Below, in pieces: positions 13,908 through 27,549 of a DNA stretch of 64,000 nt (position 1 is the stretch's first letter; the number at the start of each line of letters is the position of its first letter). Source of the stretch: Podarcis filfolensis (Eukaryota). The stretch lies in the NCBI GenBank assembly GCA_964270895.1, contig OZ185440.1, one strand, 5' to 3'. Made by a program: the position numbers and the translations under genes. The notes under the pieces were generated by a model. That model was not told the DNA's origin. It worked only from the letters and a program-made list of their open reading frames with translations, and did no database searches.

Positions 13908-14056
13908 TAGAATCATAGAATTGTAGAGTTGGAAGGGGCCATGAGGGTAATTTAGTCCAATCCCCTGCAAAGCAGGGAACTTTTGCCCAACGTGGGGGTC
14001 AAACCCACGGCCCTGAGTTTTAAGAGTCTCATGCTCTACCAGTTGAGCTACAAGGC
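13908..14056 (-). mobile_element. Short SINE: tRNA-Lys(CUU)-derived head plus CR1-type 3' tail
   Basis: Minus strand TAGCTCAACTGGTAGAGCATGAGACTCTTAAAACTCAGGGCCGTGGGTTTGACCCCCACGTTGGGC, followed by ...CCTTCCAACTCTACAATTCTATGATTCTA. Confidence 0.75.
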
Positions 14057-14226
14057 AACAAACCTATACATTAAAGTGGTATTGAGTGCAAGAAAGTGAA
14101 GTGCTAATTAAATGAAGGGATGTGGGATTTTGAGGTCCATTAAAATAAATAAATAAAGATTGGGCCAGATGTATTTCCCCTGGGAGAAAATTTAATGGGA
14201 TCATCACCACTTGAAAGGTCCTATTG

Positions 14227-14440
14227 CTAGTGCTCACCAGTTTTGATGGGAGGCCCACAAATTGAACTTGATGGTAAACCCACAGGCAGCACCTTTGAGG
14301 GTGATGTTAAGGCCTGGGTAAGTTCATATGAGTTCAGGTCATCTTTCATGTAACCTGTCCCTAAACTGTTTAGGGCTTTAAAAGTAAACACTAGCACTTT
14401 CAATTGATCCAGAAACACGCAGGCAGCCAATGCAACTGGT
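14227..14440 (-). mobile_element. L2 LINE ORF2 C-terminal remnant
   Basis: Minus-strand translation LKVLVFTFKALNSLGTGYMKDDL resembles the L2 motif FKVLxLTxKALxGLGPxYL. Confidence 0.65.
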
Positions 14441-16659
14441 ATAATAAAGATGTAATGTCTGCAAAGTCTCACTTCATAGCAGAGACACAATTCCTTCCCT
14501 CATCCTGTTTACATCTGGCTTTTATCCCACAAACAAAGGACAATTGGCTAAAAACAACATGATTGATATAGCCTTTTTTTGAGATGAGATTTTACACCAC
14601 CAGTCAGACAACTGATTCAGTAAGACAAAGTTGAGTCTTTAAATCCATGGCTGCCTCTTTAAGACTTGAGACTCGAGGCAGTTAGCAAAGCTTTCACTGG
14701 GGAGAAGAGAAACCTGTTAAACAAGTTTAATGAAGTGGAGCTCCTGAATGTAGGGTTACCTGCAGCTGGTTCATTGCCTATAACTCTTCTCTAATAACAC
14801 GAGGTAAAATTTTACTGGTATTCCCTTAGAGAAATAAAGCACAAAACTGATTTTCCACATGGCTGTATTCATCTTGTGTGTCCTCACTTAGGTCAACCCT
14901 TCTTGTTAGGGAGCTCCAGTTAGACTAGAGTGCCTCTCGTAACTGAGATATATGTTGGAATTGCTTCCTAGAGGAGAGCTGCTTTTAAGCCCTGACACTA
15001 ATCCAGGTGATTCCATGGCATAGCCTTTTACAGGGTGTTGTACCAGAATGCAGTTCCCAGGAGAACTCTTGTACAGTGAATGGCTATATAAAAAACAAAT
15101 TACAGCAGTTAATTAAGATTTTCCTTTTACAGAAATCTCTTCATATTAGATCTGAGGAAATGATGTTTGTCTTTATTGTACAGAGTTCATGTTTATCTTG
15201 TGCTCTTTTTTAAAAAAAGAATGAGAATTGTGTTTAGTGCCTGGAAGGACAAATATGTATTTTATAGTTTTTATAGTGGTAGGAACATTAAGCCCACATA
15301 CTCAAAACTGAATTCTGATGTTTTATTTGCTTCTGAGATTTTAGTCCTGCATCATTCAACAAAGTCCATTATAAATGAAGTAATATAAAAATACAATAAT
15401 TAGCTATAATAATAGCATTTGTAAAAGAACAAAGAACATTACAGGTATTGATCAACAAACTAGCAGTAACAAGACAGTGAAGAGTCATATACACCAGCAG
15501 ATTCTTCCAGGTGTTACAGAAAAATATCTCAGACAAGGTCAGAGTATATCACAATGTCTAAAAGTTGTCATAAATGCAAGGGTGTTCTGCCACCTGTTCA
15601 AAAAATTGTGGTGAGCAATTATTGAAATGAATGGGACTTGCTTTTGAGCAGAAGTGTTTTGAAGGCAGTCTTTATTAGCTAATAGCCATTATTTATCTGG
15701 CAGTAGGTACCATTAGTGGCAAGAGAGGGACAGTTTTGAGACCTACAGTTCTTTGTTCTCTGCTGCCAGAGATAGAAAGATAGAAGCCATGGTGAACAGC
15801 TGATTGATACAAAAGACATAATCTCATTGATCTCCGTGGAGTAAATTCATTAATTCTGGTATTGGCAGCTTTGGAGAACTGCATTTAAACGAGATAAAGC
15901 TATTTGTGATTAACACCCTGCTTCTAAACACTTTATGCAGAATTTAGCTCAACAGTTGCAAATAATGGGCTTAGGGTAGGGCTTTGACCCAGTTTGCTGT
16001 CCATTCCCATTCACGCCTAAGCGCTAAACAACTTCTCCCACTGATTTCATTAGAAGTCTGTTTAAGATTATGACCTGAGATCTCGTAATACACAGCAGAT
16101 TTTAAAAGGTTTATGAATAGCAATATACAAAAGTGCATAAGCTGCTGCTGTGCAATCAAACTGGCTGACAACCTGTTTTAAACACCTACATATTTTGGAT
16201 GAGGCATGTCAGCTGGTGCTGCTGATTAGGCCCCATGCCGGATCAGCTCAGGGGAACTTGTTGCAGGTTTGGGTTTTGCAGGACTGCCTCTAAATGGCAC
16301 AACTGTTAAGTAGAGTCAGCAGTATGTGTTTCCCAGAAGTTGTGAACTGCCCTGTGATCTTCAGATGAAGGGTGGTATACAAATTCAAAAAATCATCATC
16401 ATCTGACAATTGGTTTGTCTAGTGCAGTATTGCTGGAAGTGACAGATAGTGACTCTCCAGAACTTCAGACAGGAATCTTTCTGAGTCATACCTTGGAGAC
16501 AGCAGTGATCAAACCTGTGTCCTTTTGGTATGCAATACATGTATTTTACCCCTGAGCTATGGCATCCTAAAGTTTTTTCTAGGGAGCCACACAGCTGCAG
16601 TAGTTCAGTTTCAGTTGGGAAATAACTGTTTGGTTGTATATAAAATTGAAAAATCTTAA

Positions 16660-16827
<168 letters not shown>

Positions 16828-18471
16828 TAACAGCAGCTTTCTGCTTAAGAGCCCTTGAATACTGCGTTTTTTATCCCTGCTATTCAAAATTACATTGAGA
16901 AATAGAAAGTAGAACAGAAGGAACTGAAAGTACTATAAAAAGCAAACCCTGTAAATAATGGTGGAGGTTGCTGGATACAATAAACTATATTACAGGTTGT
17001 CTGATTATTTTGTTTATTTATTTACAGTATTTAGGATATTTTTAGAATGCCCTTTTTTGAAAAGAGCTCAGGGTGGTGTACATCAGCCCAAATAGGCAAA
17101 ACGCAGTGAACATAACTAAAAACGTCTGATTCCAGCAGGGAGAGTGAAACTTGATGGGCCCCTGAGTTCGTTTATTGCAATAGAAAAATAAATGAAATAA
17201 AACCAAATAAAGTTTAGGAAGCAATGTAAAACAGCAAGGAAGTGAAGAAATAATGAGAAGCAGCCAGCGGAGAGGGAGGGCTTGTGTTTTTGTTTTTTTA
17301 ATGCCTCAGTGGGGGAAAAGAAAACACAAAGAGAGTGAAAGCAAATGAAGACAACACAGTGCAAAGAAGGAAGAGTACCAAGAGAAATTATGAAAGAAAA
17401 CTTAACTGAATATAAGGGAAACAGTGAGACGTGGGGGGTGGGGAGCAAACTGCTCTGTCAAGGCAGGAGGGAAAATCTGAGGAGATTCAGCCAGCCTCCC
17501 ACAATTCTTTGCTCCTGCCTTAGTCATGTGCAGAGGAACCACGCAATATCATTTTAAGAAGCTAGAATTATGGATGGAAAGTTCCTACTTCAATCCAAAT
17601 TATATTTCCTTATGAGAGGGCTTCATTGACATGCCTGACAGCTGTTGGGTACTAGTATCTGTTATTTTGGGCCTGAGGTGAGAAGGGTGTTGGAGCAGGA
17701 CCATTCATTATTGCCAAAAAAGAGGATCTATCTATCTATCTTTCTAGAAAATCCAAATCCCCTAAAGTATATTTTCAGATTATCAGGTCTCTGATCAGTT
17801 GGAAATTATCATCTGAAGGAGAGGGAAAATTGTCAAGTCCCATGATAACTAAAGCCTCTGCTATCAAAACACTTGAGCTGCCCGCTACCAAACTTTATCC
17901 CTATCTTTCTCTCTAGGTTGCCTCTAGAGGGGTATGGTGATGTTCCCCGTAACTGCATTGAGCTATCACAAATTAGCAAAGCTATACTGGAATGCTTTCC
18001 ACTCCGTATCCAGGTCCAAGTTAGGGAGGAAGGCTGGGGCTCTCTTGTCATTCTTGATGGATGGCATTGAAGCATGTACCAAGGAGAGGGTGACGAGTGG
18101 AGAAGTGGATCCCTGGTTGTTCATGCTGTTTTGAGTACATTGCTTTCAAAGCCATTGCCTTGCTTATTTGTTTGAAAAGTTATACTTCTCTACAGTATCA
18201 TTGTTGGGCTGCAGAGGGTTTTTTTGGTGGTGGTGGTTTATTTTTAAATAAGCCCAAATCATATTGGGACAAATAGATATATTGCCTGTTAAGAAATGAA
18301 CAATTCAGCTAGCTAACAGGTTTTTTTGTCTGCTGTTAAAAGCTAACCACAGTTGGCATGAAAGTGAAATTAACATTGGTGCGCTAACATTATTTTTTTA
18401 AACATTTTTTATTATGGTAAAGCCTTTGGATATATTTCAGTGTACTGTAATAAGCTATTTTTTTCTTTTAG

Positions 18472-18693
<222 letters not shown>

Positions 18694-19764
18694 TAAAGTT
18701 TCTGTGCCCATATAACAATATATTAAGAAAAAATATCACCTGGTTGCATTTTGCTGGTACTGTACTGTGTTTGTTTATTTTAGCCTTCCTCAATAGGGAA
18801 AACTGAAAGGAAAACTACAAATCTTGTGAAAATCAGATTACAGAATGACCCTGCTTAGTGTTGCCATTTCCTTTTGCTGACTGAATTCAGTCATTCTCAA
18901 ATTGAAGAGTTCCATCTCCAGAAGTTTGGTTTTTGATACTAAGATATAGAGTCTGTTCAAAGACAATTCTTGCTTTGACCTTTCTTGCCTTAGACTTGTA
19001 ACATTACTGAACTCTGAAAGCAGATAGGGCAATATAGAACAATGCCTTAGCCTGGGGGAGGCACTTAAGATAGTTACTATGCAATAGAATTTTTGAAGAA
19101 GAAAAAAGCTTCCTAATGCCATGGGAAATATGTTAAGATTGAGGTTCACGTTGCGTTTTCCCAAATTGCCGAAGCAAGAGGGAAGCCTCATTGACAGCAG
19201 CGTTAAGAAGAGATTCTGTTCTCAAATTTTGCGCACGTCTCATTGCATACCTTCTGAAGCCAGAATCTGCATATATTCACAGTAGTTGATTTTTACAAGA
19301 GAAAAAGATTAACACCATGCAATCTACCTCAAAGAGCTTGCACTTGCACATTAATGCTTGTAAACTCAATGAGATGAGCCTAGCTAGCAGTCATTTGTTG
19401 AAAATAGTGCTAAGTTTTTGGTCTGTGAGAAGGAAAAGGACATGAGCAAGATAAATAAGCCAGAAAAATAGCTTGTCATATGTCACAGGCCAGGTGCCGT
19501 CATATATTGTGCTCCTTTTTAGATCATTCCCCTGCCAGTTAGTTTGTAAAATGGCTGTTTGCAATGTAATCTGGGCCCAAATGAGATTTGGGCAGTGTGA
19601 GAAGAATTATTTTATAGAAAACTTCCTGCTTCCAAAACCTAACCACACTAGCTATGACATCCTATGCAACCTTCCTCAACCCATTTCCCTGGTTCCTAGG
19701 GATAATGGGAATTGCAGTCCAGAACACCTGAAGGATACCAGGTTGAGGTTAGCTGATCTGCATA

Positions 19765-19993
19765 CAGTGGTACCTCAGGTTAAGAACTTAATTCGTTCTG
19801 GAGGTCCGTTCTTAACCTGAAACCGTTCTTAACCTGAGGCGCGCTTTCACTAATGGGGCTTCCCACTGCTGCCGGCCCGCGATTTCTGTTCTCATCCTGG
19901 GGCAGAGTTCTCAACCTGAGGTACTACTTCTGGGTTAGCAGAGTTTGTAACCCAAAGTGTAACCCAAAGTGTTTGTAACCCGAGGTACCACTG
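19765..19993. mobile_element. Tc1/mariner-type MITE, family A (opposite orientation to the 1523 copy)
   Basis: TA TSD; CAGTGGTACCTC TIRs; interior is the reverse complement of the 1523 copy. Confidence 0.85.
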
Positions 19994-21516
19994 TACTTAG
20001 TTGCCCAGCAAATGTTTGGAACTGTCAGCCTTGGCAGTGCCATTTGTGCTTTTGAAAGACTGGGAGGAGGGACTTTGGTTCCAAGCCAACCTTAACCTCA
20101 CCCCCCACCCCAATTGAGAAGATGTAGAACCTGGGCTGAATTTAGCACCTTCCACTTCCTCACAGATTATCAGTATTGTCCAAACCGATGGTGCTGACCA
20201 TCTGTTTTGATGCTTTTTGGAGTCATAGAAACATGCCTGTGTGCTAGGTGAAGACATCCAGTATTATAAATTGCTCATGCAGCAACCTTTTGCATAAGTA
20301 TTTCCAGATCCAGCAAGAGGAGCACATGCAAAAACCTGTTTCCGTGGCCATATCATTGTATCAGATTAGGGTGAATGAATATATGAATATGGTTAGTTGC
20401 TGGGAACAAGCGTGTTTCCTAAATGTTGTCTCTCCCCCCCCCCCCGCCTCCTCCTCCAGCTTGTTTGCTTGCTTCATCCACATAGGATATCTATGAGGGA
20501 GTGAACTTTCTTGTTTATAGCAGAGCCTGGGTTTCCCCACCAGCAATGCGATAAGAAAACCTCTCTAAATGAATGCCATGTTATTAACCTCTCTCGGTGA
20601 CATTTGAATTGAGCTGTGCAAAAGGATCTTTAGAAATATAAATGCCAAAAGATAAGAAACAATCTGGGTAAAACTGTCCATCATAAACTCTGCCTTGCTT
20701 CAAGGCTTGATTCTTTCTCTAAGAGAGAGACAGCTAAATAAAACATTTATGGAGAATGTTCACAGCTCTCCTACACATTTTCCCCAAAATTCTCCTTGAA
20801 GAAAGTAATAATACTTTCAGAAAGTCTTGCTTAGCTGTGTCTCCTTTTTAAATTTCCACATATATTTAACAGTAAATTAGTTAGGTAGCTATATGTAGCC
20901 ACAATGGTAGCATCCACACAGAAGATGTAGGTGGAGGTATCAGCAGGCTTTGGGGAAATATCAAGGTTTGCAGAAGTACAAAAACGGGGGGGGGGGGGGT
21001 TGGACCAATGAGAACTGAGCATGCTCAGTGGCTGCGGAGTGCTGGCCAACGGCTCGGTGGGGAGAATGGAATGGAGTGGCAGGAAAACCAAACAGGAAGA
21101 CTCCACACTGCATTTTTCTTCTTCCCTTGTCTGGTCTCACTTGTAACTAGATGTTCCAGAGCATGGCACATCCAACAAAAATGCCTTGGTTTGGCTCTCA
21201 ACCAATCAAAGCCCAAAAGCCAAAACTTTAGGCAGGGGTTCCTCTGTGACTTCTTCAGGGGCATTGACTATGCAGTTGAAATTGCTTGCACATACATAGC
21301 TGAAGCCTCTCTTTACCTTTTATAGTTGCAGTTTATATTGCTGGTTCAAAAGAGGAAGGGCAGTCTACCTGATTGGGTGGGTGGGTGTCTGGGTGGGTAG
21401 CTTAAACTGTGCTGGCTAGTCAGTTCATTGTGTATATGTGTGGTGTATGTATCTCCAACATCATGCTTGCCTCTTCCTTTTCTTCTTCAATCCCATCCCA
21501 CTTCCCATCCCCACAG

Positions 21517-21597
21517 CTGGAAAAGGTACTGCAACAGGGAGATATTGGGGAGTGTGCAGAGCCATATATGATTTTAAAAGAAGCAGATGCTGCAAAG
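21517..21597 (+). CDS. DOCK7: DOCK7 exon 10
   Basis: [27 protein letters not shown]; 81 nt. Confidence 0.96.
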
Positions 21598-21822
21598 GTA
21601 AGCAGTTTTCAATGGGTTTCGACCTAAATGCAGGTGGTGTCTTTTTTTAAATAGTTCTGTAGCCCTTAAAACATTTGCAAGTTTCTCATATTTTAAAAAA
21701 ACATACATTATTGAAACAGTACTTCCTTCTGTTGAAAACCCAGCATTTATTTATAGCAGAGGCAGTATGAAAAAATTCAGAAATGTTTCAATTTTGTAAG
21801 TTTTGTGGTTTTACCTCTGCAG

Positions 21823-21988
21823 AACAAGGAAAAGCTAGAAAAACTGAAAAGTCAATCAGAACAATTTTGCCAAAGGCTTGGCAGATATCGCATGCCTTTT
21901 GCATGGACGGCCATTCATTTAATGAACATAGTCAGCAGTGCTGGAAGTTTGGAGAGGGACTCTACAGAAGTGGAAATTGCTGCAGGAG
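21823..21988 (+). CDS. DOCK7: DOCK7 exon 11
   Basis: [55 protein letters not shown]; 166 nt. Confidence 0.95.
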
Positions 21989-23123
21989 GTAGGTATCTAG
22001 ATAATTACAAAGTGATTCTTAATCTTAACACAAACTGAATCATGTCATTTACGCTTTTGAAACGGCGTGCTTAAATGGCTATTTCTATTTTGAAGAAAAA
22101 CCAGCTGCAAGGCCTTGATCCAGAACATCTTTCTGTTTTGGACTGGGGCTTTCTAGCAGCTTTTCCTTTGAAATAAAAGTGACCCATTCCAGGGGGTGTA
22201 ACAGTTCTATAGAAGTTGGTAGTATGTGCGCCATTCCTAACTTTTTAGTCTTCTCTAATTGAATGTCAGGGGCTAACGTTCTCTGCTGCTTTCAGCACCT
22301 CTCCTTCCTTGTCCCATTCTTCTGCCGTGCTGCTCTATGTATCTTCTACAACCTTCTCTTATTTATCCATCATGCTTTCTTGCTATCTCTTTTAAAGTTT
22401 TATTTAAAGCTTCTTCAGTAAAAGCTTTTCCTGGATTGCCGTTAGCCTCCCCTATTTTGCCCCATCTTTGTGGCACCTTGAATTTCACTCAGTCCTTGGA
22501 GAAAGGACGCCACATTTTCAATGGATCACTACTCTGATCCAACAAAATAGTTATTTTGTTGTTGCTGTTTTTTTAACGCCTCAGGGTTTGCTTTTGGGCC
22601 TGGTGCACAATATGTGTTTATCAGCTTGCTTTGCCTATTTTTTCCCTTGCCCAAGCCTCGGTAATGGGGTGAAAGGAAAAAGGACAAGCCTGTAATAACA
22701 AATAGGTTTATCTTTCAAGGATTTTCCTCGTAAACCATCTGTTATGCTCTCTAGAACTAAGTCTGAGAGAGTGTTTCAGGCTGATGAGCATTTTCCAAAG
22801 GAGTGGATTAATCGTTGTGAGCCGCTCAGCTCATCTGAAACCACTGTTCAGCATCTTCCTCATCCCCTCCACCCTCCCAAAACTGCCAACTTCATCATTT
22901 TTTGCAGTAGGAGAAAAACATAATTCTCCACATGATAAAGACTTTCATAATAGGCACAAGGCACTGGGGTATGGTTGATGTGAGAGGAGCAGAGGTATTC
23001 AGCTGTGCTTCATTGTTTCCTAATGCCTCAGGAGTGCGATTGTCTTAGTATTAACCACCCATTCCGTCTTTCTTTTCTCATGATTTCAAGCAACTGCCGT
23101 TCTCTTCACATGCTGGCTCCTAA

Positions 23124-23351
<228 letters not shown>

Positions 23352-24091
23352 TAACATTACATCACTGTCTTCACACTTTAGGAATTGGCACGGGAGTTTT
23401 TAGCCCTAGACCAGTGGTTCCCAAACTTTTCCCTTTGTGAACCACTTGAAAATTGCTGATGGTCGTGGTTGTTTTTCTCTTGGTTGTAGAAGTTGTAATG
23501 CTCTGTGCTAGATGCAGTATGCTTTTAAATTGCAATTTTATTGCATCTCACATTGTATTACAATTCAGCTATTTTAAAACAACACGTTTAGTAACACTGA
23601 GCTTTCAGAATGGGCAAGCTAAAAATCCAAAATAAATAAGAAGTTTATGACCAGTGAATCACTTAGTCGGGTTCTTGGGTTGGTGCAAAGCAGTGTTTGA
23701 AACTCCCATTGTTCTAGGTGCGTTTTGTGACAGGGAATTTCATTAGTGCGAGCAGTTTCTGATCTCTGGGTGCAGTACTGTGCCTAAGATTTCAGATTTA
23801 AACTGCAGAGTGGAAGGAAAGAAGGACATTTTTCTGCCTCCCCACTTCTAACTACTCTCTGAAGACTGAAGAAGAAACCCTCTTAAGAATATTAGGGGAG
23901 TGAGCAGGGGAAGGACTAGACCATGTGAAAAATGAACATAATATTTTAGCTGCAGTTCATTCATTTTCAGCTTTGTATTTTTGTTATTAAAAAAGCACCT
24001 AGACATTCTGTTGTTGCACCCAGAACCTAGGTTTAAGGTGCCCTTTAGCTCCTAGCTTTCATAACTCAGTTTCTAACACTGGTGCAACCAG

Positions 24092-24184
24092 TGTTACAGA
24101 TAAATTCGAACCACATGTTACAGGTAAATTACATTACATGTTACAGGTAAATTACATTTACAGGTAAATTCGAACCACATGTTA
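24092..24184 (+). repeat. Imperfect minisatellite, unit about TGTTACAGGTAAATT(CGAACCACA/ACATTACA)
   Basis: About four units of 17-24 nt, read directly. Confidence 0.85.
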
Positions 24185-25300
24185 TGGGCAACAAGTAAAG
24201 GGTATCGGGAGATGATATGCCAGCGCACTTCTCAAAAATTCAGGACATTTTAGGTAGGCTCTGCATAGATTATGCAAAATTGGTGCTTCTTTATGTCAAC
24301 ACCACAATACCAGCAAAAGTGGTCAGCACCTTGGTCTACTGATCTGAAAAAACCCAGATTAATACTCCCACTACACCTTGGGTTTTGCAAGGAGGCAGAT
24401 TAAGAGATTTATAAAACAAAGACTTGGAGATTCTGGGTCAGGTCAGGATTCCCATAAGCAGCATGCTAGGATTAAGAAAGATAAATCTAGAATATTTGTG
24501 TGTTTGTAGTTGAAAGTTCAGGTGCAGTTTTCAAGACTGTTTCTATATTAACTGAGAATATCGTATTTTAAAACCAAGGTTATGTTGGCAACTGTTAAAT
24601 AAAGTATATATCAACCAAGGTTTTTATTTTTCTTCTTTTACTTAACTAGCACTCTCGCTAGCTGCTGAAGTAACTACATTTGACCTAAATTCTATATTCT
24701 CAGCATTATATTCTAATTCCCACCATCCCTAAAGAGTGCATTATACTGGAAATCCGCTTTAATAATGTGCACTGTCTAATAGGTTGCAGGGAATGAAATT
24801 GTTCACACTGTGGGCAATTTTCCCGTTACTAGCAAATAGCAAACTAATTAGCAACTTGACTAGCATAAGCTGCAGTGGTTCAGGGCAGTGTGACACAAGC
24901 TCATTTCTGATGAGAAGGGTAGAGTAGATATTTCTGCCCAGCAACCTAGGAACCGCAGCCCTTCATTATTATCACTTAAGTTTGCCACTTTGCGCTGGTC
25001 TCTATAAAACAGATTGGATGCAGATTGGATGCACTGGTCTCTAGAAAACAGATTTCATGCATAGAAAGGGCTCCACGGCCCAGCCATGAGTTCGTCTTGG
25101 TCCTTGGCCCTACCATAACATTCATGTGTTAGGTGTGGATGTCTGCAAGGGAAGCCCAGTTGCGCATGGCCACAGCTTGCATAGAGGTCTACCCATGTAA
25201 GCTGTTGCCTACAGACATCAACAATTAACATAGGATGGGGCCAGGGGAAGCTGCACAACCTTGAGGTGGACTTAGTAGCATAAATCCTTTCTACGTGTGG

Positions 25301-25460
25301 AACACATAGGAAGCTGCCTTCATACTAGTGGTCCATCTACCTCCATATGGTCTACACTGGCTGGCAGCTGTTCTCCAAAGGGCATTACCAGGCTTACCTG
25401 GAGATACTGGGGCTTGAAACTGGGACCTACTGCATGCAAAGCAGAGAGCTGTGGCCCTTT
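25301..25460 (-). mobile_element. Squam2-like SINE, degraded
   Basis: Shares ataggaagctgcc tail and ctggagatactggggcttgaaactgggacc segment with other copies. Confidence 0.6.
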
Positions 25461-26138
25461 CCCTATGATTCACATGCAAAGGGGGTACGAAACACCTGTA
25501 GCAAAACTGTTGGTGTTCTTACCTTCAATCAAGATGGATAGCATACTGCAGCTTTTAAGGCCACTTACTCCAGTGCAGCCTCAATGAACACCCAGTGAAA
25601 TCTTTCTGTAATGTGGTCTGACGATTGCAATGTAAAGGAAGAAATACTGCAGTTTAGTTTTGCTGCTAGAGACTCTGCAGTGCATCTGTAGGCTCTGGTT
25701 CTGATGCTCTTCCTGGTCAGATAGGAGTATAACTACTAAGTCAAAGGAAGTTGCTCTGATCAGTTGAACAGAGAAGTCAGAGCTATATGCCTTGTTTAAC
25801 TTATAAAATGAGAATAAAATGAGCATTAGTGGTTCCCTCCATCCTGAAATCATTATGGCCTTTTTTTTAATATATTGGAGGCTTACTGTAATTACTCCTG
25901 ATTGCAATTAAAAAGAGAATCTCATCTAGCTATGAATATGTTATAATTTAAAACAGAGAAGAGCTATTTAAACAATTCATCACAAACATAACACTTTAGT
26001 GGTTATTTGATTATAAAGACAGTTCTTTGAAACCTTGGAATATAATGAAAGGCAATAAAGAATGCAAAAGGAAAGGTTTTTTCTACCTAAGAACACAGTT
26101 GAAAGTTACTGCATGCTTTTATTTTTAATTAACAATAG

Positions 26139-26276
<138 letters not shown>

Positions 26277-26680
26277 TAGTAGCCACTGACACCTTGAATG
26301 GCTTCGATTTTGTTTCTGTATCTGCTTAAGTATTTTGTTTTTCAGTAACAGTGCTGTATGTGGGTCCTATAACATTATTTTCTTGTTTTCCAAAGCAGTA
26401 GCTCTACTTAGTAACTAGAAGTTGCATATTTCTTAAGTGATTAAGCAGCAACATTGTTATGTTAACACTACACACACAAACGATAACACTATATTATCCC
26501 AACACTGTCACTATATCATGATGCCTGCCTACCTATGCAAAGCAACATTAGAACTTGGTGGCTAAAAGGAAAAAACGACCATATTTTGTAAAGTTTTCCT
26601 GATTCACCACCTGGTTATGATTGTTACTCATCATGGGCAGCCAGGCAAATGGTTGCTTACCAGATTGGTTATACTGCTAA

Positions 26681-26857
<177 letters not shown>

Positions 26858-27182
26858 TAAGAGTGGAATTTAGATTTTAATTAGTTCACACAGTGCATGG
26901 TACTCTCTTTCACCCAGATGCAGTGATTGAGGCAGATCACACAGAGATTGATGAGTCTGTTCAGGATAATCACACTTTCAGTAATCAGGTAATTGCTCAG
27001 AGAACAAAGAGTCTTCAGAGGAAGCTTTTTAATTACTCATTTAGTAAATCCACAATAGCCTGTATCCTCTGGATTTTGTTTTCATATTTCTGGAAGCTGA
27101 TTAGAGTCACCAGTTCTTAGTTTAGTGCATATTCAGAGGATTACATGAGATATACTAGTTGGTTGTTATCCTGTTGTTCATA

Positions 27183-27549
27183 AGGTAAAGGTAGAGGTAC
27201 CCCTGCCCGTACGGGCCAGTCGTGTCTGACTCTGGGGTTGTGCGCCCATCTCGCTTGAGAGGCCGGGAGCCAGCACTGTCTGAAGACACTTCCGGGTCAC
27301 GTGGCCAGCGTGACGAAGCTGCTCTGGCGAGCCTGCGCCAGCGCAGCACACAGAAACGCCGTTTACCTTCCTGCTATAAAGCGGTACCTATTTATCTACT
27401 TGCACTTGAGAGTGCTCTCGAACTGCTAGGTGGGCAGGAGCTGGGACCGAATGACGGGAGCTCACCCCGCCGCAGGGATTCGAACCGCCGACCATATGAT
27501 CGGCAAGTCCTAGGCGCTGAGGTTTTACCCACAGCGCCACCCGCGTCCC
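27183..27549 (-). mobile_element. Full-length Sauria SINE with 13-bp TSD
   Basis: Minus-strand head GGGACGCGGGTGGCGCTGTGG, B-box GGTTCGAATCC, (ACCTTT)-type tail; TSD cctgttgttcata at 27170-27182 and 27550-27562. Confidence 0.9.

Noticed and set aside
13985-14056. Functional tRNA-Lys gene
   Set aside because: The B-box/T-loop is mutated, the acceptor stem does not pair, and it is fused to a CR1 tail; treated as a SINE.
18838-19191. 117-aa minus-strand ORF with a coiled-coil-like C-terminus
   Set aside because: No recognisable domain or splice context; possibly a decayed LINE ORF1 or a chance ORF, so not supportable.
24092-24184. CRISPR-like array (also considered for 56109-56317)
   Set aside because: The units are degenerate tandem copies without unique constant-length spacers, in a eukaryotic context.
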